Positions 1 to 16,851 of a stretch of 64,000 nt of DNA are shown here, in pieces. Origin of the DNA: the human T2T-CHM13v2.0 reference genome, Homo sapiens; NCBI RefSeq assembly GCF_009914755.1, contig NC_060943.1; one strand, written 5' to 3'. The position numbers were made by a program, and so were the translations under genes. Below the pieces are notes generated by a model that saw only the letters and a program-made list of their open reading frames with translations, ran no database searches and was not told the origin of the DNA. The stretch's first letter is position 1; each line of letters starts with the position of its first letter.

Positions 1-300
1 GTATAGAAACTCTTCAAGTTTGGGGGAAAAAATAAACCTACAGATTCAAGAAGCTCAGAAAATTGCAAACAGCGAAAACACAAATAAATCAATGCAAAGA
101 CATATTACAATCAAACTTTGAAAATAAAGACAAAGAAAAAATCTTAAAAGCAGCCAGACAAAAAAAGATGCATTGCTTAAAAAAGGAAAACAGTACACAA
201 GACAGTGGATTTCTCATCAAAAATTTCTGATACCAAAATAATAATAATAAAAAAATTTCAACCAAGAATTCTAGGTCCAAGAAAAATACTCTTCAGAAAT

Positions 301-1052
301 GTACATCAAAACCACAATAAGATACCACTTCACATCTACTAGGATGGCTATAATAAAAAAGAGACAATAACAAATGTTTGCGAGCAGGTGAAGAAATTGA
401 AACCCTTACACATTGCTCATAGGAATATAAAATGATGCAGCTGCTTTGGAAAACAGTTTGGCAGCTCCTAAAAAAATTAAATATAGAGTTCCATATGCCC
501 CAACAATTCTACTTCTAGGTATAGACCCAAGATAATTGAAAACACATATTTACACAAAAACTTATACATGAATATTCATAGCAGCACTATTCATAATAGC
601 CAAAAGATACAAACACTCCAACTATCAATCAATTGATGAGTAGATAAATATAATATGTTATATCCATACAATGAAATGCTATTCTGCTGTAAAAAATACT
701 TAAGTTCTGATACATGCTAATATGGATAAAACTCAAAGAAATTGTGCAAAGTGAAAGAAGCCAGAAAGAAACCGCCACATATTCTATGATTTCAGTTGTA
801 GGCAATGTCCAGAATAGACAGATTCACAGAGACAGAAAGATTATTGATGGCTAGCGGCTAGGTAGAAAAGAAGAATGAACTGCTAATGTATACAGGGATT
901 TTACGGGTGGTGGTGGTGATATAAAGGTTCTAGCTTTAGGTAATGGTGATAGTTGCACAACTTTGAGAATATGCAAAAAAAAAAAACAAAAAACAAATTG
1001 TGTACTTTAAAAAGGTACATTTTATGGTATGTGAAGTATGTTTCCAAAAAAA
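301..1052 (+). mobile_element. L1MB-like 3' end nested in the older L1 ORF1 region
   Basis: Runs from 'catcaaaaccacaataagataccacttcac' through 'gtgaaagaagccaga' and 'aatgtccagaatagac' to an A-tail. Host ORF1-like sequence resumes afterwards. Confidence 0.7.
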
Positions 1053-1337
1053 AGGAGAATAAAGAAGTTCTCATTTAAAGTAAAACCAAGAGAATTCATT
1101 GTCAGTGGACCTGCTCTAAGAGAATTGCTAAAGTAGTCACTAGACACAAAGGAAATGGTACCAGAAAGAAACTTCAGAGCAGAAATTTTAAAAAAGCAAA
1201 AGAAATTTAAAATATACGAAAAAATTGAGTAAACTATTCTTCTGTTGAATTCTTTAAAATATGTTATGTTTCAAAGTAAAACAATATTTTTAAATGAAAT
1301 TTCAAAGTATGTAGATGCAATACGTAATAAACATACA

Positions 1338-1743
<406 letters not shown>

Positions 1744-1863
1744 TTAAATGAAAATATTGTAATTACTAGGGCTACCACTTTTTTTAATTTAAAAAAAGTA
1801 CGTACACAATGAGATGTATTCAAAAACACAAGATATAGAATTGAATTAAAAATTATTAAATAA

Positions 1864-2159
<296 letters not shown>

Positions 2160-3219
2160 TTATTAAATAACCCAAAAGAAGGCAGGAATGGGAACACACA
2201 GGGATGATAAACAGAGGAACAAGGAGATACAAAGAATAAAATGATAGAACTACATTCAAACACATCAACAATTACATTACAGGTAAATGATCTAAATGCA
2301 CCAAATAAAGAGATTGTCAGAACAAGTTTTTAAAAATACATAATCCAATTATATACTCTATAAAAATTCTGCTTCAAGCATAAAGATATCAGTACATTAA
2401 AATTAGGAGAAAAGATACAAAATGCAAACACTAACCAAAAGAAAGCTCAAGTGGTTATATTAATATCAGACAAAGTAGACTTCAGAGCAAACAAATTTAG
2501 CAGGATATCATACAATAATAAAAGAGTTCATTTATAAGAATTACATAAAAACCCTAAATGTATATGGAAGCTAAAAACAAACCTTCAAAATATAAAAACT
2601 GAAAATTAATTTTTGGACAAATTGGACTACATCAAAATTAAAAACTTTAACTCTGAAACAACACTGCTAAGAGAGTAAAAAGAAAGGCTACAGATTGGGA
2701 GAAAATATGCGCAAATCACATATCCAACATAAGACTTGCATTCAGAATCTAAAAGGAAATTTTTTAATTCAACAATAAGTAAGCAAACAACCAAATTAAA
2801 AAATGGGCAAAAGAGGTGAACAGACACTTTACCAAACAGTATTTAAGGAGAGCAAATGAGCACATGAAAAGATATTTAACATCGTTAGTCATTATGAAAA
2901 TGCAAATTAAAACCTTGTTGAAATGCAATTACACACATAAATAAAAATAACGACAATGTCAAGTGAGAGTGACCATGCAGAACAGTTGGAACTGCAAACA
3001 TTGCTGTGGGAATGCAAAATGGTTCAGCCACTCTGGGAAACAGCAAGTTTCTTATAAAGTGAAACACACACTTACCATATGACAGAACGTCAATTCTACT
3101 CCTGAGTACTTAGAGAAATATAAATTTATGTTCATTCTAAAACTGGTACAGGAATGTTGATAGAGGCTCTGTTTATAATTGCCCACTGGAAACAACCCAG
3201 ATGTTCTTCAAGGGATGAA

Positions 3220-3721
3220 TGGTTACATAAATGAGCCAAAGATGGCCTCTGTGTTTTGGCCCCTATGTTTATTGTAGGTTGAGACCAGTTAGCTCAAAAT
3301 CCTGCCCAAACCAAACTCAAATTTGTACATACCGAGTTATTTATAAAATTGCCTGAACAAGCAAATTTTTAGCTATTTAGAGCTTTCCTGCTTTGCATAC
3401 TCCAAGAAACCTCACCCAACAGCTGTTACCTACTGATAAATAGGGCCTTGCAGTTATAAAACCCAAAATTCCTGCTGCCTTTGGTTTGCCTGACCCAAGA
3501 CTTCCTGCTGTGCTGCTGTGAGACACCCTTGAGATACATACATAAGCCCCATATTCAACCCTCCCTCCAGAGTTCTCTTGCCTTATTCCCTTTCTCATTG
3601 GTGGTCTCATTAGACTGTCTCATGCAACCCTGTCTTAGTGCCACTCAATAAAGTTGTGTGTTACTGCCTCTCATTGTCATATGTTTTTCCTAGCTCAGTC
3701 CCCAAATCCCTAAAACCCTTA
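3220..3721 (+). mobile_element. Solo ERV LTR (ERV1 class, MER67-like, tentative) inserted in the L1 3' region
   Basis: About 500-bp non-L1 block with TATA-like 'ttataaaa', 'caataaaag' and a U5-like end. L1 3' sequence resumes at 'aggtgaatacataagcaaac'. Confidence 0.55.
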
Positions 3722-4231
3722 GGTGAATACATAAGCAAACTTTAGTACATCCACACAATGAAACACTACTTAGCACTAAAAAGCAACAAACTATTGATAC
3801 ACGTAGCAATCTGAATGCTCAGTAAATGAGGCCAGAATCAAAGTTGATACTACAGATTTCATTTATATAACAGTTTCCAAAAGACTACAGTGATAGAAAA
3901 CAGATAACTGATTGTCAGGGATTCGGAATGGAGGTGAGTGTGACTTACAATGGAACAGAATCAGGAAAGTTTTGGGGATGATAGAACTATTCTGAATTCT
4001 GACTATGGTGGTGTTTACACATGTGTTAATATGCATGTATCTGTATACCAATATACCAAAAGGGCCAATCATGCATATTAACAACATACATATGTTAATA
4101 TAACAGTTAATATAACAGTATATATATAACAGTATTACTATAACAGTTAATATAACAGTAACAACATACGTGTGTTAATATGCATGCATCTGTATACCAA
4201 TACCAAAAGGGCCAATTCTACTGTATGCTAA

Positions 4232-4283
4232 TTTTGTTTTGTTTTTTTTTTGAGATAGAGTCTCTCTCTGTCGCCCAGGCTGG
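4232..4283 (-). mobile_element. Severely 5'-truncated Alu (3' ~35 nt plus tail)
   Basis: T-tract followed by 'gagatagagtctctctctgtcgcccaggctgg'; 'aattt' on both sides. Confidence 0.8.
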
Positions 4284-5176
4284 GAATTTATAAAATTGAC
4301 TGATTAAACCAGAAAGAATAACATTGTATTATATCATTTATTATGTGGATAGATAACAAAATATATACAATGATAGCATAAAGGACTGTAAGAGGAGAGT
4401 AGTTTTACTGTTAGAAGTTTCTTGCATTGTATAAGTAGTGGCACAGTATGTACTCTAAGTAGACTATGGTAAGTATATGTGTATATAAATACTTAGAAAA
4501 ATCTCTAAAATATACAATGAAGTTAAGCTAAATATCAGTGGATAAATTAAAATGAAACACTAAAAATATCTGATTAATCCATGTGACGGCAAGAAAGGAA
4601 GAACAAAGGAAAAAAATAGTTGGGATGACTAAAAAAACAAATAGCAATATGATAGATATACTTAAACCCAGCCATACCAATAATTACATTAAATGTAAAT
4701 GTACTAAACATTCCTATTAAGATGCAGTAATAGTCACACTAGATATTAAAAGCAATATCCAACCATATGCTACCTATAAGAGGCATACTTTATATATAAA
4801 ACTGCAGATTGTTTGAGAGTACTAAGATGCAAATAAATATTCCACACAAAGAGCAAGCCTAAGAAAAACAACTATTTGTTTGAATAACATTATTAGCCAA
4901 TTTTACTGGGTTAACAATAAACATTGCATCCATACACTATAAATATGTAACTTGTTTATGTGCACATGAAACATATATTTTAGATACAATATGCTGGGAC
5001 ACAAAATAAGTCTCAATGTTTTTAAAGGATTGAGATCTTACATAGTATGTTCTCTGACCACAACAGAATTAAATTAGAAATCAATAAAAATAACATGCCT
5101 GGAATTATGCAAAATATTTAGAAATTAAACAACTACTACCTAATGCATAAGTCAAAAAAAAAATCTCAAAGGAAAT

Positions 5177-5653
5177 TGTCAAGAACCATGAAGGGTCTGA
5201 GTTCGTATTCTGTTTGCAAGCTAACAAGTTTGCCTGCCACAATTTCACAGATGGTGGCAGAGGACACAAAACTCCTGAGTCAGAGGTAAAGAAATTAATT
5301 GTCCATAGCACAGCAAGCAGCATGAGTTTCGTATTTACCCAAGTCCCTCTTACCCCTCCAGTCCCAGTGAGAGATGTGGAGCTGCCCAGATAAATGCTAT
5401 ACACACAGTAGTTTTGTATCACATTTAAAGAACCCTAAGCTAGGAAATTCAGTAGGCAAATCTGTCCAACATTTTCTCCAGAGGGAGATATTATCTTTAT
5501 TACGTTAGGCAGCAAACAAGTCTTCTCTCTACTCCAGAGAAGTGCTGTCTCTATTTTCTAATGATATTTGTTATTCAACCTCCTTGAAATGTAGCCTAAA
5601 ACTAAAGTTGCCAGTGCCAATATGTGTAAGACAAAGAAGAATTCTGTCTAAAT
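5177..5653. mobile_element. Solo ERV LTR inserted in old L1 ORF2 (subfamily not assigned)
   Basis: Starts TGTCAAG. Flanked by direct repeat ggaaat (5171-5176, 5654-5659), and host L1 is continuous across the insert. Confidence 0.65.
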
Positions 5654-6348
5654 GGAAATAATAAAATATTTTGAACTGAATGCTAAAAAATTAGGCATAT
5701 AAAAATCTGTGAGATGCAGGTAAAGCAGTTTTTTGAGGAAAATGTATAGCTTTAAATGTTTAAAAGCAAAGTAGACTTAAAAACAATTATCTAAGCTTCC
5801 ACTTTAAAAAGCTAGAGAAAGAAAAGCAAAGTATGCCCAAAATAAGTAGAACACTTTTTTAATATTTTACCTGAAGTGATATACATTTAGAAAAAAATAG
5901 TACGTTGAAGGACGAAAATAATAAAAATATGGCAAAAATCAATAAATAGAAAACAAGCAGTAAAGTCAATAAAACTAAGAGCTGGATCTTTTCAAAGATG
6001 AATAAAATTGATAAACCCAAGTGAAACAAATAAAGAAAAAGAGAGAGAAAACACAAATATCAACATTGTCAGTGAAAGAAGGGGATATCATTAACACAAC
6101 TTACCAAAACTAAAACAAAAGAGATAAAAAATCTAATAGCCCAATATCTATTAAAGAAGCAGAATACATTATCAAAATAACTTATCATAAAGAAAACTCC
6201 AGGCTCACATTGTTTTATTAAGAAATCTATCAAGCATTTAAAGAAGAAATAGTGCTAATCTTACCCAAACACTTTGAAAAATAGTAAAGGAGGGAATATG
6301 TTATATGGACCAGCATAAGTTTTGACATAAAACTTGACAAGGTAATTA

Positions 6349-6387
6349 CAAAACAAAACAAAACAAAACAAAACAAAACAACAAAAA
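6349..6387 (+). repeat. (CAAAA)n microsatellite
   Basis: Direct inspection. Confidence 0.9.
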
Positions 6388-6430
6388 CTACAGACCAATG
6401 GTCTCTCATGACTATAGTTAAAAAAGTCTT

Positions 6431-7687
<1,257 letters not shown>

Positions 7688-8397
7688 GACTATAGTTAAA
7701 AAAGTCTTAAGCAAAATATTAGAAAATAAAATCTAGTGATATTTTAAAAAGTATAATGACCAACTATGATTACTCCAGAAATACAAGATTGGTTTAACAT
7801 TTAAAAATCAACCAATGTCAAAATTCAACACATTTTTAAAAAGCTTTCAGAAAACTGGGACTAGAATGCAACTTTCTTAACCTTATAAAGAGTATCTGAG
7901 AAAAACCTACAGCTAAGTCATTTTTAAAGGTGAAACATTAAATACTGCCCCTTTAAGAATAAAAAAGTCAAGATATCCACTCTCATTATTCTTATTCAAC
8001 ATTGTCTTGAAAATCCTATCTACTTCAGTAAGGCAAATAAATAAAACAAAAATGCATAAAAATTGAAAAGAACAAAGTAAAACTGTTTTTATTCATAGAC
8101 TTGATTGTTTCCATAGAAAATTTAAATAATCTACACAAATATTTAGCATGATCACATGACACAAGGTCGATATAAAAAATGTATTTCTGTGTACTAGCAG
8201 CAAACAATTAAACATTTCATTTATAAAATTTATAAAATGAACACTTCATTTATAAAAATTTCATTTATAATAACATCATAAAATATAAATATATGAGAGT
8301 AAATTTAACAAAAGACATGCAAGACCACTGAAAACGGAAAACATTGATGAGAGAAAGTAAGAAAAATTTAAAGAGATATGAAATAGTCATTGATTAG

Positions 8398-8727
<330 letters not shown>

Positions 8728-9754
8728 TGAATATGTCAGTTTCCTATAAATTGATCTATATAGTTCATACAATACAAATCAGAATTTCAATAAGAACTTT
8801 AATAGAAATTACAAGTTAGGCCTAAAATTTATATCGAAATAAAAATAACCGACAATCATCAGAACAACTTTTAATGAGGAGGAAAAAATTGGAGAAGTCT
8901 CACTAACTGATTTCAACATTTACCATAAAACATATAGTAAATAAGACAATGTGATACTGGCATAAGAATAGACAAATAGATAACAGAAAAGAGGAGGGAA
9001 TCCAGAAGGAGTTCTACACATGTTTGATTCATTCGGTTTTCAACAAGCTGCCAAGGTAATTCAATAGGCAGGGAGTTGATGGCAGCCCTCCTTGGAGACC
9101 ACCGACCACAGCTCTTCTGCAGTGAGCAGAGTGGGAGACACCCTGGTCTTGGAGGCCAGTGCACAAGCCCCTGGGGCTGCTTCCACTTGAGAAGAGGAGA
9201 CCAGTTCTAGGCCTTAGGGAGAAAAGCTCTCTCTGCCTTGCCTACTTCTCTACCTTGCTTTTCTCTGAAACAGTATGTCTCCATCTTTGAGTGGTTACTG
9301 GGCCTGAGTCCATAAAGAGGGAAAAGACAGGCTCAGGCTACATTTGGTAATAGAAGCCCTCCCAGCAGTCCTGCCTCGATCACCAGAGGATGACTTTCGG
9401 GTTGGGGCCTAATGCTACTACAGAACTCACATTTGGTGTATCTTCCAAGCTCCCAAGAACCCAAAGCTTCCAAGAACACAAAGCAGGGGCTGTGCTGGAG
9501 CAGGGTTCTAGCATTAGGAGGTCCTAGGTCTCAGCTAGATGCTACTAGGACCTCAACATATCTGGGCTTCTGAAAATGGATGTGTTTGCAGGGACCGTTT
9601 CTGTTCTGCAAGGTGGTTTGATGGGGTGAGATGGAATATGGCTGCACTGCGTTGGCAGGGGAAAGCAAAGGGAAGCCTGGCTTTCCTCCTCCTGACCCAG
9701 AGCAAAGGCTAGGGGCTGGGCCACCTCAAACACTGTGTGCACAGCAGCCTCCCT

Positions 9755-9965
9755 GGATCTCAGCTAGGGGTATTCTGCACCCCCCAGGGGACTCTGGCAA
9801 TGTGCACAGATCGTTCTAATTGTTACAACCGGGAGAATGCTACTGCATCTAGTGGATAGGGGCCAGGGACACTGCTTAACATCCTCTAGTACACAGCATG
9901 GTTCCTCACAACAAAGAATTGTTCAGTTCAAAATGCCAGTAGTGCTGAGGTGGAAATGTGCCCTG
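9755..9965 (+). mobile_element. MER20 (hAT-Charlie)
   Basis: 'cccccaggggactctggcaatg', 'gctactgcatctagtggatag', 'cacaacaaagaattg'. Confidence 0.8.
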
Positions 9966-9989
9966 AATAACCTTCAATTTCCCCTTTTG

Positions 9990-10380
9990 GAAAATGTGAT
10001 ACATGTATGCGACAGAATACTAGTCAGACATAAAAAAGAATGAAATAATATCTTTTGCAGCTACTTGGATGGAAATGGGGGTTATTATCCTGAGTAACTC
10101 AGGAATACAAAACCAAACCAAATCCTGCATGTCCTCACTTATAAGCGGGAGCTAAGCTATGGGTACACAAAGGCAGATGGGTATGATGGACATGGGAGGC
10201 TCAGAAGGGGGAGGGTGGGAGAGGTCAGAGATAAAAACTACCTATGGGGTATGCTACATTATTTGGGTGACAGTGCACTAAAAGAACAGACTTTACTGCT
10301 ATACAATTTATCCATGTAACCATAAAACACCTGTACCCCTAAAAGCTATTGAAATAAAATTTAAAAAAGAAAAATGTTTT
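9990..10380 (+). mobile_element. 5'-truncated L1PB/L1MA 3' end
   Basis: 'ataaaaaagaatgaaataatatcttttgcagc' to 'ctattgaaataaaatttaaaaaaag'. TSD-like aa(t/a)ttccccttttg on both sides. Confidence 0.8.
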
Positions 10381-11538
10381 AAAAATTCCCCTTTTGCCCT
10401 TACATAGCTACAGGGAAGCTACTTAGAAGCGGAGGAAAGGACCCTACATTAGAAGTGTGTTTACACGTTTAGCTAAATGACCAGGAAGGCTCATGAAGGC
10501 AGCCTGATTACTACTTCATCTCAATGCAAGGCTCTTTTGCTTGTTTCCATTTTACTATTCCCTCGGTCTTTGAACGTTGTTTCTGCTCTCCCATGACAGG
10601 CAGCACACGATTGCAGTAGGTTTTCATCTTTGTTTATTACCATTTCCCCTACACCCTCACCGATTTCCCTCCCCTATTAAAAGATCTGGTTCTCTATGAG
10701 AAGCACAAGCCAGGCTAGGGCTGCATTAATAATTGATTTTCTACTTCTGTCTCAGCAAGCTATGGTGTTTGACTTTGAGGAGTGGCTTTTTATAAAGCCA
10801 CAGTGTCCTTCCAGCACAATTTTGAGTTGCAATGATCTTTGGTAGGTGATTTCTTTTTTCTCTTATTGTTTAGCTATTAGCAGAGTAATAATGATCATAA
10901 CATTTTCATCCTTTCAGATCTCGTACAGGGGATGACACCTGTGAAAGGGCCTTGAGCTTCTCTGATGACATCTTTGTAATTTTTTTGAGCTCCACCACAG
11001 CAGCTCCAGCTGCTCATTAACCCGCCACTGGTAATGAGGTTTCACTGATGCCTCTGGGGAGTCTGATTTGTCAGGGGGCAGCAAACTGTGGCCTGGACGA
11101 CATGAGCTACGCCCCGTCCTTCCCCTGATGTGACAATGCTGACATTTTCATGGCTGAGATGGCTTGCGGCTCTCTCCCCAAGCCTGCACTGGATTCTCGT
11201 CACTCACCTGCATCATTCCAAACCATGCCCCATGCCCAGCACTGATTAAACACATTAGGCTACATTCATTCCTGAGAATACCATACAGACATTAGATATG
11301 ACAAAGCATATCTACACTAGTAAGGCAGTAAAATAACCAAGGTCTATGAAGTGCAACAGAAAATTGCCTAACAACATGCACAGATGATCTCACTGAACCA
11401 TATTACCTACCATTCATATATTACCACAGGCACAGAGAGCACCTGGAGAAACACAGTAGCAACTGCTCACAGTGACTACCCCGGGGTTGGGAAGGAAGGG
11501 GGGAAAGTTACAAGGAACTTTCCTCTTCTGGGTTTTGT

Positions 11539-11840
11539 GGGGTTTTTTTGTTTTTTGCTTCTTTTTTTTTTTTTGAGATGGAGGTTTTCTTTGAGATGGT
11601 GCAACCTCGGCTCACTGCAACCTCTGCTTCCTGGGTTCAAGTGATTCTTCTCCCTCAGCCTCCCAAGTAGCTGGGATTACAGGCGCCCACCACCATGCCC
11701 AGCTAATTTTCTGTATTTTTAGTACAGACGGCGTTTTACCATGTTGGCCAGGCTGGTCTTGAACTCCTGACCTCAGTTGATCCACCCGCGTGAGCCTCCC
11801 AAAGTGCTGGGATGACAGGCGGGAACCACTGCACCCGGCC
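11539..11840 (-). mobile_element. AluS with rearranged 3' end
   Basis: Alu dimer. Flanking ctgggttttgt repeat. Confidence 0.9.
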
Positions 11841-11904
11841 TTCTACTGGGTTTTGTAATGAGCATGTTTGTGGTGGAAATGTGTCAACTGCCTGTCCAGA
11901 GACA

Positions 11905-12035
11905 GCTGTGGTGGCTCACGCCTGTAATCCCAGTAACTTGGGAGGGTGAGGTGAGAGATCGTTTGAGCTCAGGAGTTTGAGACCAGCCTGAGCAATGTAG
12001 TAAGACCCTGTCTCTACAGCTAAAAGAATAAATGA
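11905..12035 (+). mobile_element. FLAM / Alu left monomer
   Basis: 'gtggctcacgcctgtaatcccag' to 'agaccctgtctctac' plus A-rich tail. Confidence 0.85.
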
Positions 12036-12409
12036 GTACATAAATAAAGAAATAAGCTGAATTCTGAGGAGGCTTTTACCCTCCATAAGACCACCTGAAG
12101 TCAACCCTAGCCCTCAAGCTGTTCAGCTACAGCAGCCAATACTTTCTGTTCCCTGAATCCACTTTGGCTGGGATTTCTTTCATTGGTGGTCACTGGTTTC
12201 ACTAGGATTCCTTATATCCTGTTTCTTTGTTCCAGGCTCAGAACAAGGAGCACCTCCTCCTGGAAGCTTTTCCCCAAGGATCACTCCTAACGACTATGCC
12301 TATGCCCCTCAATTTGGCCCCACAAGATGAGCGGCTTCATGTTAGCCTCAGTTTCATTCACACAGATATGGTTTGTCTGGAAGAAACCAAATCTTTAAGG
12401 ATAAGAGGT

Positions 12410-12585
12410 AATAATTAGCATAACAGAGAACATCTATTAGAAGCTTCCTAAGGGTCAAGCAATGAACTAAATGTTTTACATGGATAATTTTATTTCATTT
12501 TTATAACATCCTTAGGAGGTAGATATCATTAGTTTCCTTGTCTGTAAATAAGATAGTAAGTCCGAGAGATGGTAAATGGCACAAT
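12410..12585 (-). mobile_element. MIR
   Basis: Degenerate reverse MIR ('aatgttttacatggata', 'taggaggtagatatcatt'). Confidence 0.6.
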
Positions 12586-12689
12586 TACCTTTTTTATCGT
12601 GCTGCTCAGCAATGACCATTCCTTTCAGAAGGACCACCATGCCCCTCCTCTGTAAGCTGTTGCTGGAACTGACTGCCCCACAAGTTTAG

Positions 12690-13030
12690 AGGCAGAGCTT
12701 ACAACCCTAGCCTGGCCAATCAACGACCCCCTTCCCCCAGTGACATATGATTGGCTCAGGTGGACATAGAATTGAAGTCAGTCCATTCAGAGTGGATCTC
12801 AGAACATTGCTAGAAAGGCTAGATTTGTGCCCAGAAGTAAATGCTGCAAAAAAAAAAAAAAATGCTAATGGCCATTTTGCATTTTGCATGACAAATGTCA
12901 GGAATTGGACAGTTCTTTAAGAAGCAAAGTCATCAAATGGAGAGAGATTCCATTCTGTCATACCATTTGAGCCATGGATCAAGCTATATCTTAAACCACA
13001 TCTAGCCCTAAACTGTTCAGTTGCCTGAGA
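12690..13030 (+). mobile_element. MLT1-type MaLR LTR fragment
   Basis: 'gcctggccaatca', 'tgattggctcagg', 'tttgagccatggatcaagct'. Confidence 0.55.
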
Positions 13031-13257
13031 CCCTCTGATAGGCACCAGCCCCCTTGGAGGCCTTTCTTTTATTTGACCTTTTGTGGATGGAAGCTGGGAT
13101 GGGGGTGGGCAGGAGCCCAGTGACTATGTAAGCACAGGACTGGCTATAGAAATGGAATGAAATAGCCCTAAAGGATTCTTTATGAAGATTATGGAAGAGA
13201 AGTATATAAAAGAATTAGGAAGCAGAACAACAAAACCGTAAACAAAGATAGAAATAC

Positions 13258-13564
<307 letters not shown>

Positions 13565-15686
13565 AGATAGAAAAACAATCCTCCCCATGGACCTTAAACA
13601 CAGGCCACATGCTCATGCTTCACACACATGACTGTGTGCACACACATATCACATAGTTCTCACTCTATCCCTCCTCCCTCCCTTCTCCCCTCTCTTTGTT
13701 TGAAAGTACCCAAAGGCCTTCTAACCATTTCCTTCATTTCACACGCAGATGATTTTATAATCTCATCTAAAAACTGTTGATATGAAACATAACAACAGAA
13801 ATACAAACAGTGAATCTTGATGAGGTGAAAACAAGGTGAGAACAATAAAATAGCCAAACTGGAGAAGACTTTGATTCCAGCACAAACCCTTGATGCAGAA
13901 GATCTTACAGCCTTCAGTTAAATAACCTGTGTGGTTCTGAGGACACAGAGTACCATGAGGACGTGGACAATGATCTAGCCAGTCTGTGAAGGGCTCAGCT
14001 GTCACCCACCCAGAGACGCCATTAAGAGACCTGCTTTCAGGCGGCTGCAGGGAGCTCTGGACTGGGCTCCAGCCTGTGCCCCAACAGGCTTTAGCCACGC
14101 AAACTTAAACACACCTTAGAGCGTGTCTACAAAGGAAACCTGAGGTGACTGTTCATATAATTCTCTCCTGGAAGATGAACACGCTCCAAGCACACTGACC
14201 TGAATCACCCCCAGGCCCCTTTCACCTCATTAGGCCTTGAAGGAAACTGCAATCCTCAGCTGCTCCCACCTCACAGAAGCCTGTTACAGGGACTGGTACA
14301 AAAACAGAGAAGCGGCTTGGTCCGGAGAGCTCCTCTGCACAGGGCTGATAAAGGGAATCCAGGAGGCCACACATGACCTTTCCCCCAGGTCCTGCAGCAA
14401 GAATAGTTTTTGAATCTGATCGTTGCAGCCAAAGTCAGGACACAGCAGAACAGCATCCCTCCCTTCCCACTCCCTGGCTTTGCTATGAGCTACAATATCG
14501 CACCTTTCCAAAGAAAAGGATATTGGTCATCCAGGGGAAGAAAAATGGAAATCTCAAGGAAAGTATTTCTCCAGAATTATCATTTCCTCTCTATCTAGTA
14601 AGCATCTTCTGTCCTGCACGCACGTGTACCAGCGGCCACGCTCTTCTCCTCAACACATATTCTCTTGGCTTCTGGGCCCTGTGCTCTTCCTTCCAGCTCT
14701 CTGGTCAGGCTTTCTCAGTCCATCCCTGGCTCCTCTTCCCCTCCCTGACCCTCACACCTGCTGTGGTCAGGGCCTCGTTCTGAGCCTTCCTCTCACGGCA
14801 CACACACCCTCCTCCATTGCCCTCCAAGTCATCTCCTTCTATAAGGCCTCTCTTCTAAGCTTATTATGTTCAAATAAGTGGTCTCCCTCAGCACTGGCAT
14901 GTCGTGGGAAGACCACTGGGCTGGAACTCAAAAGACGTGCATGTGAGCCCAGATCCCCTGATATACACTGTGAAACCCAGAGAAAACTCACCTGCCCTGT
15001 GATGATCCAAACTGTCTTCTGTAAACTGATGCCAGGCCACAGGATTGTGTGAGGATAGTGACATCACATGGCTGGGTCCTTCGTAAAAGAAAAAGGCCAG
15101 CCCTGTGGGGGCTACTCTTTGCGGTGCCAGGTAGTGGGCCAGCAGCCCCTGATGAGGGAGGTCAGCTGCGGCCCTGTCCTGGGCAGGGGACATTCTGTGA
15201 ACCAAGTGTTACAAGTTACCGTCACTACTGAAAGACTCCCCACCCTCCTCTTCCAAATAATTCTGAAAACATTTTGAAACAAATGATTTTGGAAGATAAA
15301 ATATTTATGCAAAGAAGATATTTTAAAACCCCTTTCAGGCCAATTTTCTAAAATATTTCTCACGGGAAAAAATGCCTTTTGAGAAAGTTTCAGGCAAGAT
15401 AGAGCTTGGACATAGGCTGTCTGTGCTAGAAGGTTCTTCATAGAAACCCTGTGAGCTGCAGAAGTCTCGATGTTAAACAAATAATTTTCCAGAAAACCCC
15501 ATAACGTTAAATGGGTTAATGTGAGCACTAAAGGTATGCCAGGGTCCCTGGACCCCTCCTGCTTGCCCACTTCCTCACTCCTTTAGTTCTGGGAATCCCT
15601 GGGGAATTCTTGGTTTGGGCAAATGAAGTTTGCAAACATTGCTCTAACTTACTCTCTCCTTTGTTGAGTTAAGAAAGGAGAGACGA

Positions 15687-16077
<391 letters not shown>

Positions 16078-16529
16078 TCACATGCTACCTGCTGGGGCAG
16101 CTGTAGGACCTCTAGCATGACAGTCACCTATGGACTTCTGGCAGGAGTGATGCCCATCTGTGACCCCAAATGCTTCTCAGTCCTCAAGGGACAGTGTTTG
16201 TTTAATGGCACAGGACACTCATGGATAGAGGGCAGAACCCAAGATTTTTGCTCAGAAGCAACAGAAAGAGAGGCTAGAGATTTATATGGAAGATGAGGAC
16301 CAACTAAAACAACAGGAACCCCAAAGAACCAGACTCAGAAAAAGGCCACAGCCTTGTCAGGGTGCCAGAGATGCAGGGAATGACCTCCAACTCCTTCTTC
16401 TATCCTCTAATCACCCCTACTCAAATGCAAAGTTCTTGAGTCATAAGTTCGTCTCTATGCAGAGAGAAAACCTTGACTGACCATCCCACCAAGAAGGAAA
16501 CCTTTAAATGTATTATGGAGTTGATGTAT

Positions 16530-16851
16530 TTTTCTTTTCTTTTTTTTTTTTTTTTTTTTTTTGAGTTGGAGTCTTACTCTGTCACCTAGGCTGGAGTGTG
16601 GTGGCATGATCTCGGCTCACTGCGACCTGCAACCTCCACCTCCCAGGTTCAAGTGACTTGACTGTCTCAGCCTCCTGAGTGGCTGGGACTACAGGTGTGC
16701 ACCACCACGCCCCACTAATTTTTATATTTTCTAGTAGAGATGGGGTGTCACCATGTTGGCCAGGCTGGTCTCAAACTCCTGACCTCAACTGATCTGCCTG
16801 CCTTGGCCTCCCAAAGTGCTGGAATTAAGATGTGAGCCACTGCACCTGGCC
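16530..16851 (-). mobile_element. AluS
   Basis: Poly(T) followed by a reverse Alu dimer. Confidence 0.95.
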
